A DNA stretch of 48,292 nucleotides, the filler included, from Jimgerdemannia flammicorona (taxonomy: Eukaryota): assembly GCA_003990765.1 (NCBI GenBank). It is 2 parts of 2 records of this genome, joined end to end, with 100 filler letters (N's around TTAATTAATTAA, not from the genome) between each part and the next. Parts side by side here need not be neighbours in the genome. Positions count along the whole stretch, not along the records: positions 1 to 24,098 come from RBNJ01001022.1; 1 more part is not named here. One strand, written 5' to 3'. Below, piece by piece: positions 11,480 to 24,098 of the stretch. The notes beneath the pieces are model-generated. The model did no database searches, was not told the DNA's origin, and saw only the letters and a program-made list of their open reading frames with translations. The translations under genes were made by a program, and so were the position numbers. Positions within the stretch are counted from its first letter, which is position 1, and every line of letters starts with the position of its first letter.

Positions 11480-13960
11480 CCACCAATATAGGAGAAGAAT
11501 TGACACCTCAACAACAGTAACAACTAGTGGAACTTCTCAACAAATATCAAGATATCTTCACCACTGATTATAGCAACCTGCCATATAATCCATCATATCA
11601 CCACAGTATAAATACAGGAAATGCAACACCCATCTGACAGAAATCCTACAGAATGCCCCATCACTTAAAAACATTTGAAAAAGAGCATATTCAAGAACTA
11701 TTAGACAATGGAGTCATCCAACCCTCTACCAGCCCCTGGGCCAGCCCTATACTTATTGTACTAAAGAAAGGAGAATGGAGACTTTGTGTAGATTACAGGA
11801 AACTCAATTCAGTCACTGAAAAAGATACCTATCCTTTGCTCAGAATTGATGATCTTTTGGATCAGCTACAAGATGCCAGATACTTCAGTAGTATGGATCT
11901 TTTCACAGGATTTCACAAGATCTCCATATACCCTAAGGACATTTAAAAGACAGGCTTTCTTGCTCTAGGAAAACTGTTTGAATATCTCCAAATACCCTTT
12001 GGACTTTGCAATATATCCCCCACCTTTCAGAGGATGATGAATTCAGTCTATACCCCCTTGATCCACCACTGTCTGATTATATACATGGATGATTCCAACA
12101 TCTATTCAGCAAATTTTGAAGAATACCTGCACCACCTAGAGGAATTCTTCAAGCTCACCTGCAAAAACCACTTGAGACTGAATACAAAGAAATGCTACTT
12201 TGGAAAACAGAAACTTGAATTTCTTGGATTCATAGTTTTGAAAGAAGAACCCATGCAGATTCAAAGAAAACCAAGAAGATCAACAATTGGCCAGTACCTA
12301 AGACCCCAAAGAAAACACTATCATTCCTGATGCTAGTATCCTACTACAGAAGGTTTATCAAGGATTTCACTCAAATTTCTGCCCCAATCTGAATCCTTCT
12401 CAAGAAAGAAGTACTATTCAAATAGACAGAATCATAAGAAAAAGCCTTCAAAGAACTCAAGAACTATATGACTACAGCACTAATTCTTGTGTACCCCAAT
12501 CTACAGAAGCCATTTATCTTATACACAGATGCTTCTAAAGATGGCCTTGGAGCAGTTCTAGCCCAAGAAGGACCTGATCAACAACACCATATGATAGCTT
12601 ATGCAAGTAGAGCTATCAATTAGTAGCAGATGAACTATGGTAGCACTAAACTGGAATACCTTGCAGTTATATGAGCAGTCACCCTGTTGAAACATTATCT
12701 CATCAGAAAAAGGTTCACCCTAATCACAGACCATATAGCCCTTAAATGGCTATTCAACTTTAAGGAACCCACTGGAATCCTAGTCTACTGGATCCTTATT
12801 CTTCAGGATTATAAAATCACTATCATTCACAAAGCAGAGAAAGCCCACAACAACATTGATGTACTTTCCCACCAACTCTAATGAATCAGAAGACAGGTGT
12901 CCTGAGGAACTACACCCTAAAGGAAACTCCTCAGACTATCAAGGCACAAGAAGATCTCATCCAAAAAAAACATCAGAAAGCCCACTAAGGACAGGTAAAT
13001 ATAGAAGAGAAGCTGTGAACAACACACTAACATTGGCCCAATCTCAGAATACAAGTCTGGAACATACTCAAGAAATGTAATACCTGCCAGAAGTACTAAG
13101 GAAGAAAGAACTATCAAGCATCATTGCAACCAATTGTACCACCAGACAACATCTTTCAGAGATGGGGAATAGATGTAATTGGACCTCTACCAGTTATACC
13201 AAGAAGAAAAAAATATATTCTTATATTTGTGAAACATCTGACCAAGTGGCCCAAGGCTTTTCCAATAGAAATCACAGATACCTTAACCATTGTAGACCTT
13301 CTCTATAGACTCACACTCTGATATAGACCTCCAGAAGAACTCATCTCTGACCAAGGCACAGAATTCATCAATAGCATAATTACAAGCTATATCCAAATTC
13401 ACAAGATTCACCTCAAATGGACCACATCATACTACCTTCAGACCAATGGTATGATAGAAAGAATGAATCAGACCATCAAGAAAGAACTTGCCTAAGTCAA
13501 TCCTACCAATTGGGACCTCTGCTTACCTGAGATCCTATGGGAAATTCAGAACACCCCTGCTGCCTCCACCAAACAAAAGCCATTCAAAATGATATTTGTT
13601 AAGAAAACCAGAACTGCTGACTATAAGAATCTCAAAGACCTCCTTAAGAAGATAGAACAGTTATATAATCAAGCTCAAGGTCAGATTACCAAAGTCCAAG
13701 AAAGACAAAAGAAGTATTATAATCAGAAACAGAAGGATCAGGAGATCAAGATTGGAGATCAAGTACTAGTTTGGAGAAGCATGATTGAAATAAATTTTGC
13801 TGCCAAATTGGAGCCCAAATGAGAAGGACCTTATCTTGTACACAATATGAGAGGAACCAGCATCTATTTAAGAAGTATGGATGGATGAACCCTGAAGACA
13901 CCAGTGCACATCAATTATCTCAAGATATACCTTTCCCCACATCATGAATCAGAGAGTTGA
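11480..13960 (+). pseudogene. Gypsy RT-RNase H-integrase (degenerate)
   Basis: RT: SPWASPILIV..WRLCVDYRKLN, PFGL, YMDD. RNase H: LYTDAS..GLGAVL, TDH.ALKWL. Integrase: HHCC (H..AH..CNTCQ), WGIDVIGPLP, SDQGTEF, QTNGMIERMN and GPY. Confidence 0.95.
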
Positions 13961-14459
13961 CAACTGCCTTCAAACCCTTGTCCTTAGCTCATTTCAATCA
14001 CTGCTGGTTCCCCTACCTCAATTCTGAGAAGTCAATGGGAACACTCTCCAGAAGATCCAGATCTATCAAGAGAATCTTGTCCTGGTCAGACAATTGCTAC
14101 AGGTCTACCAACTCCAGACCCATTATGCAATTGGAGAACAATTGCAGAACCTTCCAGTCCCAGAACAAACATATATCTGAAGCACTACAGGACCATCAAG
14201 AAGAGATGTTACTGCTGCAGACAGGCTCTATACTCTCTACAAATGTAACCCTGCAGCCTTATTACAAGTACAATTCTTCTGGTGAGATGCATATAGAATG
14301 AACTCAGCCACCTACCTGAGCATCATTAATGCTGTCTAAATCCTATTTCCAGAAGAAGAAGAAGAACTCTTGGAATGGAGCAATCATGGTACAGATGATG
14401 AAGATGATAAAATAGATATTTATGCAGAAGATGCTTACCCACACTGAGATAATAACTAA
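13944..14459 (+). pseudogene. Candidate extra ORF (~170 codons, several stops) between integrase and 3' LTR
   Basis: An ATG at 13944 overlaps the end of pol. It reads MNQRVDNCLQTLVL...LQTHYAIGEQLQ...AADRLYTLY...EEEEELLEWSNHGTDDEDD. The internal stops I read are TGA/TAA, consistent with transitions. Confidence 0.45.
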
Positions 14460-14499
14460 AGGATAGTCTGAGAACAGACCATTCTTTAGTGAGGGCTGA

Positions 14500-15864
14500 T
14501 GTGACAAACCAGAATATACTACCTGAATTATAACTTAGCCAGATGATGTGAACACATAGCATAGTAACCAGCAATCATTGCTGTAGAAAGCTATATAAAT
14601 AGCCAAAGTACTAGATAAGATATACCTGTATAAGACTTACACACCTGTGTAAGATCTACACCTGTATAAGACCTATATACCTATGCAAGACCTACACACT
14701 TTCTATAAATAGTAATCTATAATTAGCAACATAGTAACCAGATAGCAACCAATTTGTATAAATTACCCCAGAGATAAGAGTGAATAAACCTCAGTCTGAA
14801 ATACAAACCAAAGAAGCCTCTAAAGATTGAGCATTGGTCCCCTTTCCACTCAGGTCCACTTTCTGATACAAAGCTTAAAGATTTTGCCACCAAGTTTGAG
14901 TGAAGAACTTTGCTGCCTTTGGAATTATTGGTATGCTTACCAGATAAGCCTGAAGAATCCAAGTTTCTGCTACCTAAGAGAAAGCTGCCTTGCTCAAGCC
15001 AGTTTCTGATGCAACTTTGCAGTGATCCATTTATGCAAACAAAGCCAGTCTTTGATGTAACTTTGCCAAGAAACCCTTTCCAAGAAGCTGCTAGCACATT
15101 TCCCAGTTGAAGCTACTGATTTAGGAAGAATCTGCATCATTGTATTTCTAGAAGAACCCGCTGATTCAGGAAGAATCTGCACCATCCAAGTTAATTCCCA
15201 GTTGAAGCCACTATTTTCAAGTTATCCACATTCCCAGTTGAAGCCATTGATTCAGAAAGAATTTGTGCCACCTGAGTTATTATTCCCAGAAGAGCTCAGT
15301 TTATGCCATCTGAGTCTCTATAACATCTGAGTCATTTGTTCCCAGTGAGCCTAAGTTATCGAGTTATCTGCCACCAGTACAATTCCCAGCGACATTCAAG
15401 AACCCTGCTGATTTAGGAGAATCTGTGCCAAATCAAGTTATCTACCAGATTACCAGATCACACCACATAAGGAATCCACTCACACTATACAAGATCATTA
15501 CCCAGAAATTGCATACTTTTGGAAATCATTATACTATACAGAGATCACCCATTACTCAAGAAGGAGAACTACTAAATTACTAGACTATCACATACAGAGA
15601 TTGTTGTGCTATATACGAAATTCTACCAATTCTCAGTTGACCCAAGAAGGAAAAGATATACAAATCATCACTATATCCAGAGAACAGTCCAAATAAGGAA
15701 ACTGCTTGCAGATATCCAGTTTTGACTATTATACCACTAAACACCAAGGATCTCAGAAATCTTAGAACATTTTATTGCTTTTTGACAAAGTAACTGGGGG
15801 CTCAAGCCAAACTACATCAATCCCCAATCTTGTAATTTGCCTCCATTGAGCCAGGCACATTACA
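14500..15864 (+). repeat. 3' LTR (1,365 bp)
   Basis: TGTGAC...ATTACA with canonical TG..CA ends; matches 5556-6940. Confidence 0.95.
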
Positions 15865-17260
15865 ATAGACATGAGTATAAGAACAGTTCTTCTGCTGACA
15901 GTTCAGATTCTTTGTGGGAAATCTATTACTGGTAATACCATTATAGGCATAGTATGTAGGATAGCTCACTGTACTATCCCCCATGTAAGAGGTTGAGCCT
16001 TTGGTGGGACAAGAGGACCATAGAGAACCATGAAGCCTAGATAGCTTAGGAGCAATCATCAGTATTCAGGGATATTGATATAGACTAAGCACTATAAATA
16101 AATCAGAGTCATGGTAAGCCCATAAGTGATATCAGGTTGGGGAGATACTGTTATTTGCAATCTCTGCTAAGTACTTAGTATAAAAGGAGACATGATAGTC
16201 AAGCAGAAGGGTGATGTAGAGAGTAGAATAAAGTCAACAGTATAGGTAAAGAATAGAGTAGGTTTAGTGAGCTCAGGATAAGTATTCTAAAGGATGCTGA
16301 AATAACTAAAGAGTAGAGTGAGAAATGCTGAGACATCTAAGAGATCCTTAATAATAGATGGAGGCCTCTGCAGAATGACTCTTATGCCAGAGTCATTAAT
16401 TGTTTTAATGAATTGAGCCCTGGGAGGAGAGCCAGAAGACATGACATTATGCTCCAGAAACTGGCCAAGAGAAGTAGTAGAGAAGGATTTGTTGATGACT
16501 ACTATTAAGAGATATTGGTTGACATGAGCATACTTGAGTGAGAGGTTGACACCATGAATGATAGTTTGGAAGATGGCAGCAATGGGTACAGTAATGGGGA
16601 CAGCAGATAGAGGAAAGAACTTACCCTATAGATTACCAAGTAGACCATGAGAGCTGGGGGGAGTAGAGAAAGGAATTACTGTTGACAGAGAAGGCACAGA
16701 GATGATAGCCACTAATAGAGATATGGTGGTACAATCTATAAATAATTAATTTATGATGAGGATAGCAGAATTGCTAGAAGGGTGGATCTTGATTGTCAGA
16801 GTCAAGGCTGGGGTATTAATAATAGTTGTAGCTGGGTATACATAGAGTAGGTAGAGTAGCTTGTCAATGTAGCAGTTCTAGGCAGAAGTATGTTCTTGTA
16901 GCATAATGATGCTGGCCTCAAGGGAGCTGACAGAAGAGAGCAGCAGAGCTGCTAATATAGACTGCTCCAGAGTAGGAGATTATGCTCAAACAGAGGCCTT
17001 GGACATCACATAGGTGGAGAGCCATGAAGAACATTGGGGGGAAGCAGAAGTTGCTTCTTCTGGCAGATTTTCAAGATATAAAATCAGAGTACTGATATTG
17101 GGATTATCATCATCATTGGAGTTATCTTGTAAAAAGTAGAGTACATGTTCAATAAAAGAGATATTGTAGTGGAATGGGCAGGACACAGAACCAAGGTCAT
17201 GTTGCCCTTTAGACATGTTGGAGGCAGTCATGTCAGCATAGAGGGCAGGAGTTGATGGCA
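15865..17260 (-). pseudogene. gag-like ORF1 of the Ngaro-type element; its C-terminal zinc finger continues at 5551-5510 across the Gypsy insertion
   Basis: Lies between A1 and RT. Joining the flanks across the insertion gives in-frame NCQQKNCSYTHVY|IWCSEDYLWSHC, a decayed Cys/His finger. Confidence 0.7.
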
Positions 17261-17300
17261 AGCACCATCAAGGTAGAGTGTGTAGAGAATATGATGTAAT

Positions 17301-17538
17301 TAGAAAAAGTAAGCACAAATGTACATGAAAGTGAATGCAAATGTACATTATAGCACAAAGAGTAGCATATAGTACATGGAGTGCTGAATTAGATAGCATT
17401 CATTGAAGAAGACCAAAAAAGGAAATGTATGCCCACAATGCAGCCCAATACAGAAATAAGGCATATGGCACCAAAGACCTAAACACCCAAGACATTCCTG
17501 CATCCATTGACCTGTGGGCTCGAACGAGCCCCCTCATT
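17301..17538 (-). repeat. Split direct repeat A1 (5' end) of the Ngaro-type element
   Basis: Matches 2185-2422. Contains a perfect hairpin GGGCTCG-AA-CGAGCCC (17516-17531) just inside the terminus. Confidence 0.9.
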
Positions 17539-18655
17539 GAGTAGATGTATACAATATCATAAAGTGCAAAAATCCAATCAAAACCACTATGTATGATTCG
17601 AGACAACGTTTCCAACAGGAAAGTTCGAGATATTTAAGTTGATTCACTTGCGAATTTATTCGAAATGAAGCATTCTTCCCATACATATAGCTACACCGTG
17701 CTCTGCAATATCTAGTCATGACAGGCGATCAAGTAGACTTCCCGAAATAATACAAAATAGGAAAAAATTCAAAGTTGTTAGAGGCGATAGTAATTCGAAC
17801 TTATGCACTCTCATGGATACGGCCCATTGTACAAACCAACAACGAGCTCCCAAGTCCATGCTATCCACCAAGAAACCCAAAGGATAAATTGCGTATGGGT
17901 CTTAAGCCGCTGATCTCGGGACGTGAAATTTCCAATGCGAAAGAGGCTCTGGAGGAAATGAAAGTTGGAGGAAAAGTGGCTCGCGGAATGACAAACAACT
18001 GAACACCGTGTTTAGTGCAAAATCGGCGAAATATTAAGGTGGTTTGAAAAGGCTTCACTATAACAATCAACCCGCGTGTGGCCTGATTAATAATTCCACG
18101 AAATGTTCAGAAAAATTTTGCGATCCTTGCATTAGGAGTACAGGTGGCCAGGAATGTAAAACGTATGACAGGAGGTAAGCCTCTCAAACACACGTGACCA
18201 ACGAGCTGACCCCTTCCATTTTTTTTAACCGCAGGTTATCCAGTGGCTTTTGTGTGACTGCAATACCGGAGTTTTTGACGCCAGCCAGCCAGCCAACTTG
18301 CAATAGCCGACAGTTTTAACCATGCGTATGGCCCAAACCAAAAACACTCGCCAAGTTAATCACATTCTAAGGATACGATGTATCTACCGTCCCTGGATGG
18401 CAATATCCAACCTGAAGGGAAATGGTAAACTCCGTACCCGCAGGTCCGGGGTTGCAGATCAAGCCGAGTATCAATGCATGGCATGGCTATTTTTACATTG
18501 TGCATTTACATCTTAGAAGGCATTGGCTAAATCGATTCGGCGCCGTTATGGGAGAGATAGCTAATAGTCTATGGTCAAACACCACAACAAACCAACGAAA
18601 TATTTTCAAATCAACATTGTATGGAAGGAGATACTTTAAAGAGGAAACAAAAGCG

Positions 18656-18890
18656 GCCTGGCGGAGCCGAATTACTAGCATCTCCAATGAATGTTTTAAT
18701 AGTCATAATTCTTTTTTTGAGTTTGATTTCCTAACCCAATTTCCCGGTGGCATTCTCGTTCCCCAACACACCTAATTTTCCCCATGATATTAACTATCAA
18801 AATGCTCGCGCCGACTCAAGAAATCTATCGCCATCTAGCGGCGACCCCCGGCCCCATTTAACTGTTTATTTGCCCAGTCAGAATCAAGTT
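18656..18890 (+). repeat. Diverged direct repeat, copy 1 (upstream of the BTB gene)
   Basis: Shares GCCTGGCGGAGCCGAA, TCAAAATGCTCGCG and CTGTTTATT..GTCAGAAT blocks in the same order with 20975-21149. Confidence 0.7.
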
Positions 18891-19232
18891 TAAGGAACGA
18901 ACCTCAAATTCGATAAATTTCTCAAATTCGATAAATTTCTAGCAACGAATGTAATTGCAATGGTAGGAAGATAGCGAACGAATTTATGTTTTGATATCAT
19001 ACAAACTGTCCATGTAAACAATCCATATCAGCCTGCAGTGCCGACCGCACATGGATGCAATGTATTGAGTTGGACACATCGCCATGATTTCTTCGCAGGT
19101 GGTCAGGTGATTTAAAGCCTAACGGCCTCCAAATTTGTCAAACGCTACAGATCAAAATAGAATAGGATTCGTTCCACAGCCTTAATCACACCGACAACCC
19201 CAAACAAAACACTTTCTCTCGCTTTTATAAAC

Positions 19233-20738
19233 ATGATCGACAGTGGTCTTAGCCTTAAGGACGATATCGCCTCCATCTGGAAGGACCCAACCTACCACGA
19301 TGTGACCATTGTCTGCGCCGACGGTGTCGAGCTGAGTGCATGCCGTGCTCTACTGGCTTCAAGGTCTGCCCGATTTTGATTTTTTTTACATAGATTAGTT
19401 ATGTCGGTCGTTTTTCGTGATAAATTCCACACATCTGATTTCATATAATCTTTTAAAAGATGCCCAGTCTTCAAGGCGATGCTGTACGGCAACATGCGAG
19501 AAGGTTCTTCTAAACGCGTCGTCCTCAACGACATCACTTCCGCGGTGCTCAACATCGTCCTCAGCTTCATTCACACTGAAACCATCGACAACACAGTTGA
19601 AATTTCCATCGCGGTAGGAATATACCGCGCAGCAAGCTTCCTCCTACTTCCCAAGCTCATGAAGATGGTACTGGAGTGCGCGAACGACCTCGCTGATTTT
19701 GGTGTCGCCTCATCGCTTCTCAACGAAGCCGTCACCACTATCCCCTGGAGCGAAGCCAACAAGGACCTCTACGACGTGCTCCTCAACCCCTTCTGCGCTC
19801 ACAAGCTTGCCATCGGTGAGCTGTCAGACCTCTCCGAAGAGTCCCTCGAGCTGCTCCTCACAAAGGCAGCTACTCTTTCCACGCCAGAGCACAACCTATT
19901 GCTCTGTGTCGTCGACTGGGTCTGGAGACGCAACAAAAACACGCCGTCGCCTTCAGAGCGCCGTGCTGTTCTGCATGACATCAACGATATGGTTGCGGGG
20001 TGCGACGGAACTGTCCGACTTGGAAACGGCGCATCACGCGCTTTGCTGCTCAAAATGATGAACCATCTTGACCTCACGCTCGTCTGCCCACATCGACTCA
20101 AAGCCCTTACGAAGGCAGTTGACACGTTTACGGAAACCTCTCCACATTACATGGCGTTTTGCCATCACGCTTGCAAGAACACTGTATGCCCTACGGGTCA
20201 TCCGTCCGTAAGTCGCGGAGAGGCGAGTCACAATGTCAATCTCCAGTGGGATCCATTGAAAATCGGTTCTCATGTGATCGTTTCGGAAGATGGCCGGGTT
20301 GTGGAGCTTGCGTCGGGGGCCTCGGGCAAGACAGCACGGCTTTCCGTTCCCGGAACGAAGGTTCACAACAATCTATGCGAATGGGACATTGTCGTTGAAT
20401 CTGTTAGTAGTAACCAAGACCTCTGCGAGATTGGGCTCATAGGAGAGGAATTCGCAAGTTTTGAAAAGATTATGCAATTCCAGCCATCTGCGTGGATTTT
20501 CCAATCGTGGGATAACAACCAGCGTACGATGGTAGGAAGAAATGAACGCAATTACGGCAAAAAAATTGGAAATGGCGATGTCATTACCTTGCATTTAAAC
20601 CTAAATGATCATACCTGTGCCCTTTCGATCAACGGAATCAATTACGGGACAGCCTGGAGCAATCTCCCCGACAAGGTGTATCCTTCTGTCACTTTACGTG
20701 ATGGATGCAAGTATCGGATAAAAGATCATCGAGGTTGA
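19233..20738 (+). CDS. BTB/POZ plus C-terminal SPRY/B30.2 (concanavalin A-like) protein, 469 aa; exons 19233-19363 and 19460-20738
   Basis: Removing a GT..AG intron (19364-19459) gives 1,410 nt in frame: YHDVTIVCADGVELSACRALLASR|CPVFKAMLYGNMRE (BTB). The C-terminus has WDIVVE..IGL..GDVITLHLNLNDHTCALSINGINYGTAW..LP..VYPSV (SPRY-like). CpG content is normal. Confidence 0.92.
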
Positions 20739-20974
20739 ATGAAGAAGTCATGAATGGTTAACTTAGCAATATACATACTGTCATTGTTCTGTACCAATGT
20801 CTATCTAAAATTTATATGTTGCAGCTGAAGCACTTTAAGTAGTACTGTTAACAAAGCGATGATTGAATAGTATCAATAAATTTCCTTATTTTTCACTTCA
20901 CATTTGATCCAGAATAAGAGACTTCAAAATTCAATCGCAGTACAAAATATCTTGACCCATAGGCGCTAAAGACT

Positions 20975-21149
20975 GCCTGGCGGAGCCGAACGCTAGTATC
21001 TCCAAAACATGTTTAAATCGTTAGGTCCGTGCCCAAATTTCCTATGGGCCTCTGTTCCCCAGCTCCCATAATGTTAATTGTCAAAATGCTCGCGAAATCA
21101 ATCGCAACCCCTGTTCCTGTTTATTGTCCCGGTCAGAATTAATTTCAAT
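20975..21149 (+). repeat. Diverged direct repeat, copy 2 (downstream of the BTB gene)
   Basis: See 18656-18890. Confidence 0.7.
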
Positions 21150-21151
21150 GC

Positions 21152-21187
<36 letters not shown>

Positions 21188-21337
21188 ACTCTGGAATGTG
21201 TCGTATGACCTTTTTTTTTGCGTCCCCCAGAGCCTCTGGGTAGTCGACGGATTTCAGGACGTTTCGCTCGGAATGTAAATTTTGGCTTCCGTCTGGTGAA
21301 TGAAAAATGCCCCTGAGTGTTTTTACTATCTGTCGTT

Positions 21338-21385
<48 letters not shown>

Positions 21386-21388
21386 TAA

Positions 21389-21426
<38 letters not shown>

Positions 21427-21855
21427 GCTAAACAACATGAAACGTTATTTATTTATTTATGTAATTACACATTTTTATTGATATTACATGTTAAATTCTT
21501 TTACGTCATAGAAAATGATGATGTTGACACAAGCCACAAAATTTCATATAACATTTATCGAGTTGTAAATCCCAACACTCCCACTCAACGAGATATCCAT
21601 GTATAATCCAAATAACCGATAAGTCTGAGATGTAGAAGAAATGCAGATAATCTAAAGAAATATAATACTCTAATATCTGGAGGATTTTCACCATTTGAAA
21701 ATTTAGGTGTAATATCTAGAATGGTATTGTACTTAAATATATAAATAAAGTAATAAAGGAGAAATTATATAAAGAGGTATATTTGCCAGATACATTGTTC
21801 AAATTTGACTCTTGGAAGAGATTTCACCACTGTATCTCAGTTATAAAGTATCAAT

Positions 21856-23590
21856 TATTGAAATTACTAGTAAATATTATATAAGTTAGAAAATTAAAAA
21901 TATTATTACAGTATTATTACTTATACTTTAATTTTGTCATTTCTGATTACTTGTTATAAGAGATATTATATAATTATTATAAATATTATAATAGAGATTA
22001 TTTGGAATTTCTTTAACTTAATAGATATATTTATTAGAGTTATAGTAGACTTATATTATATATTATATTATTACTTAGTTGAGAATATAGAGTGAGAAGA
22101 AGAAGGAGTATTGTTTATTTATTCCAGATAGTATATATTTATATGTTGAGTAACATAGATCAAAAGAATGATATAATTCTAAGAATTATATATATAAGCC
22201 ATATTATCAAAATATCAAAATAATAAGAATTTCAATACTTCTGCTCAATGAGATAATATACAAGAATGCAATATAAGCAGAAATGTAATGTAACTAAATA
22301 ATAACTGCAAAATGACTGCAAATGTACTAAAAGAATACTAGTGAAAATAAAGGATATAAATAGATCTCAATAATAGAAAAACTCAAATATAGAAGAAGAA
22401 GAAAAAAAAAAAGTAAATAATAATACAATATAATACCTAAAGATAGAAATATAGAAATATGTATTATATTGTTTTTTTGCTTCCTTTTTGTTATTATAAA
22501 ATGTTCTGTAATTGTTATTTACTAGTATATATATAGTTTTATTACTGATATATAGTTTATTATAAGACTCATTTCTTTAGTATATTGCTTGAATTTAGAT
22601 CTCAGAAGAGCTTTAGTAAGTAAATCTATAATTATATACTCTATAGAAATTCTAAGTATATAGTTCTGATCTCTATATATTCTCTTATATAATAGTATTG
22701 TATACATATCAATATATTTAATTTTGCTATAATGAAAGAATTCTTTACCATAGTAATCATAGATTGATTATTTTAATAAATGAGTATAAAGTATTATTTC
22801 TGATTAAATCTGAGTTTCTTTAATAACTGATATAACCAAATAGCTCTCTTTATTGCTATAGATAATATTGTTACTAAGCTCTACTTATATGTTTGTCACA
22901 AAATAGCTTCTTTGCTATTTAATTAAAAGAAGTATCCAGTCATAGATTAGTAATCATCTATATCTCTAGTTCAATATGCATTACATATATATCAGATAGT
23001 TATATATCATTCTTATTTTAGTTATTATTATCATTACTCTCACTCAATCTACTAATGGTAAATATATAGTAACCATACCTTTAATATATCTGAGAGTTCT
23101 TTTAATAATACTTTAATACAAATTATTATAGTAGAATAAGTACTATACTATCTTATTTATAGTATATGAAATATTAGGTCTTATTTTAGTATAAGTTATA
23201 TAAGGGACCCAACTGCTTACTAATAGAGAATATTGATATAGTTTTTGTTGTTATTGGTCTTGGATATAGTATTGGGCTTTTTTAATTTTACTGAAGTTTT
23301 TATAAAAGTATTTACTGACTTATATTCATTTATATTGAATTATTTATATTAAAATATCTTAGTTATAGTAACTCAATATATAGTTATATAGCCTGACTAT
23401 ATCATTATATAAATATTATCAATATATATAAAAGTACATAAGTTATCAATAAACAATTACTGCTTCTTCTCTCTACTCTTCTCTAAGTATTCTATATATA
23501 AATATCACTGGCTATACTATCAGATTGATTGTAGAGATAGAAATTTTCATGCAAATTTTCTATTCTTTGATCTCTTTGAATTGAAAATTA
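21856..23590 (-). mobile_element. Ty1/Copia relic: RT-RNase H 3' part plus 3' LTR (21856-22237); upstream end approximate
   Basis: Minus strand gives YIDNI (YVDD-like, ~23415), AVGSLI, SKIKYIDI (RTKHIDI-like) and DLLTKAL. A decayed PPT TTGAGCAGAAG precedes the LTR, whose ends are perfect 10-bp inverted repeats TATTGAAATT/AATTTCAATA. Confidence 0.8.
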
Positions 23591-23599
23591 TGAGAGATA

Positions 23600-24098
23600 A
23601 CAATATAGTGATCCAGTGACTTCTGGATAGTAGTTGAGAAGAGGTTAGATATCATATAGAGAGGGGATAGTATGAGAGGTCAGTGGGAGGATTTGTGGGA
23701 TAGATTGGTGAGAGGGATTGGGAAGGAGTAGCTTACTTTAGGGTAGATACTGGCTATATAGGTGGGGTTGGCAGGGTACTGATTGTTTGTGTTTAAGGAT
23801 GGAAGACATCTGGGATTAGAGATACAACTATTGCAATGAGAAGGATTGATGAAGGATACTCTGATAGGTTGGTGGTATGGTTGGAGACTACAGAGTAGTT
23901 GATGGTATTATTTAGTAAAGAGAATATGTAGATAGAGTGGGAGGAGGATTGGGGTCATAGGAGACAGGGTGGTTTTTAAGTATGAAGGGGTGGAGGGGGG
24001 GAGGGGGTTCTACTATAAGGATTGGGTAGTGAGAGAAGATAATGTAAATTTATATATAGACTAGTAATAAATAGCAAAGTCCAAGTAACTATAAAAAA
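23600..24098 (+). mobile_element. Diverged 3' end of an L1/Tx1-like LINE (start approximate)
   Basis: Its tail TAGACTAGTAATAAA..AGTCCAAG..ACTATA(A)n resembles the LINE 3' ends at ~35580-35652 and ~42617-42670. Confidence 0.65.

Larger units (their letters stand above)
5556..15864 (+). mobile_element. Full-length degenerate Ty3/Gypsy LTR retrotransposon with dUTPase, 10,309 bp, nested in the Ngaro element
   Basis: Two ~1.37-kb LTRs, 4-bp TSD ATAG (5552-5555 and 15865-15868), a PBS and a purine-rich tract at 14488-14499. Domain order is gag-PR-dUTPase-RT-RH-IN. Confidence 0.95.
2021..17538 (-). mobile_element. Ngaro/PAT-type tyrosine-recombinase (DIRS order) retrotransposon, ~5.2 kb after removing the nested Gypsy; degenerate
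   Basis: Split direct repeats are arranged A1-(gag, RT/RNaseH, YR)-B1-A2-B2 on the minus strand. DIRS-type RT, RNase H and tyrosine-recombinase motifs are present, and there is no TSD. Confidence 0.9.

Noticed and set aside
14723..15185. ORFs within the 3' LTR
   Set aside because: The corresponding 5' LTR region has stops and no protein family is recognisable.
17775..18775. Short ORFs upstream of the BTB gene
   Set aside because: No motifs or consistent splice model; likely intergenic.
21151..21438. Poly-Lys/Phe ORFs
   Set aside because: These are translations of A/T homopolymer runs.
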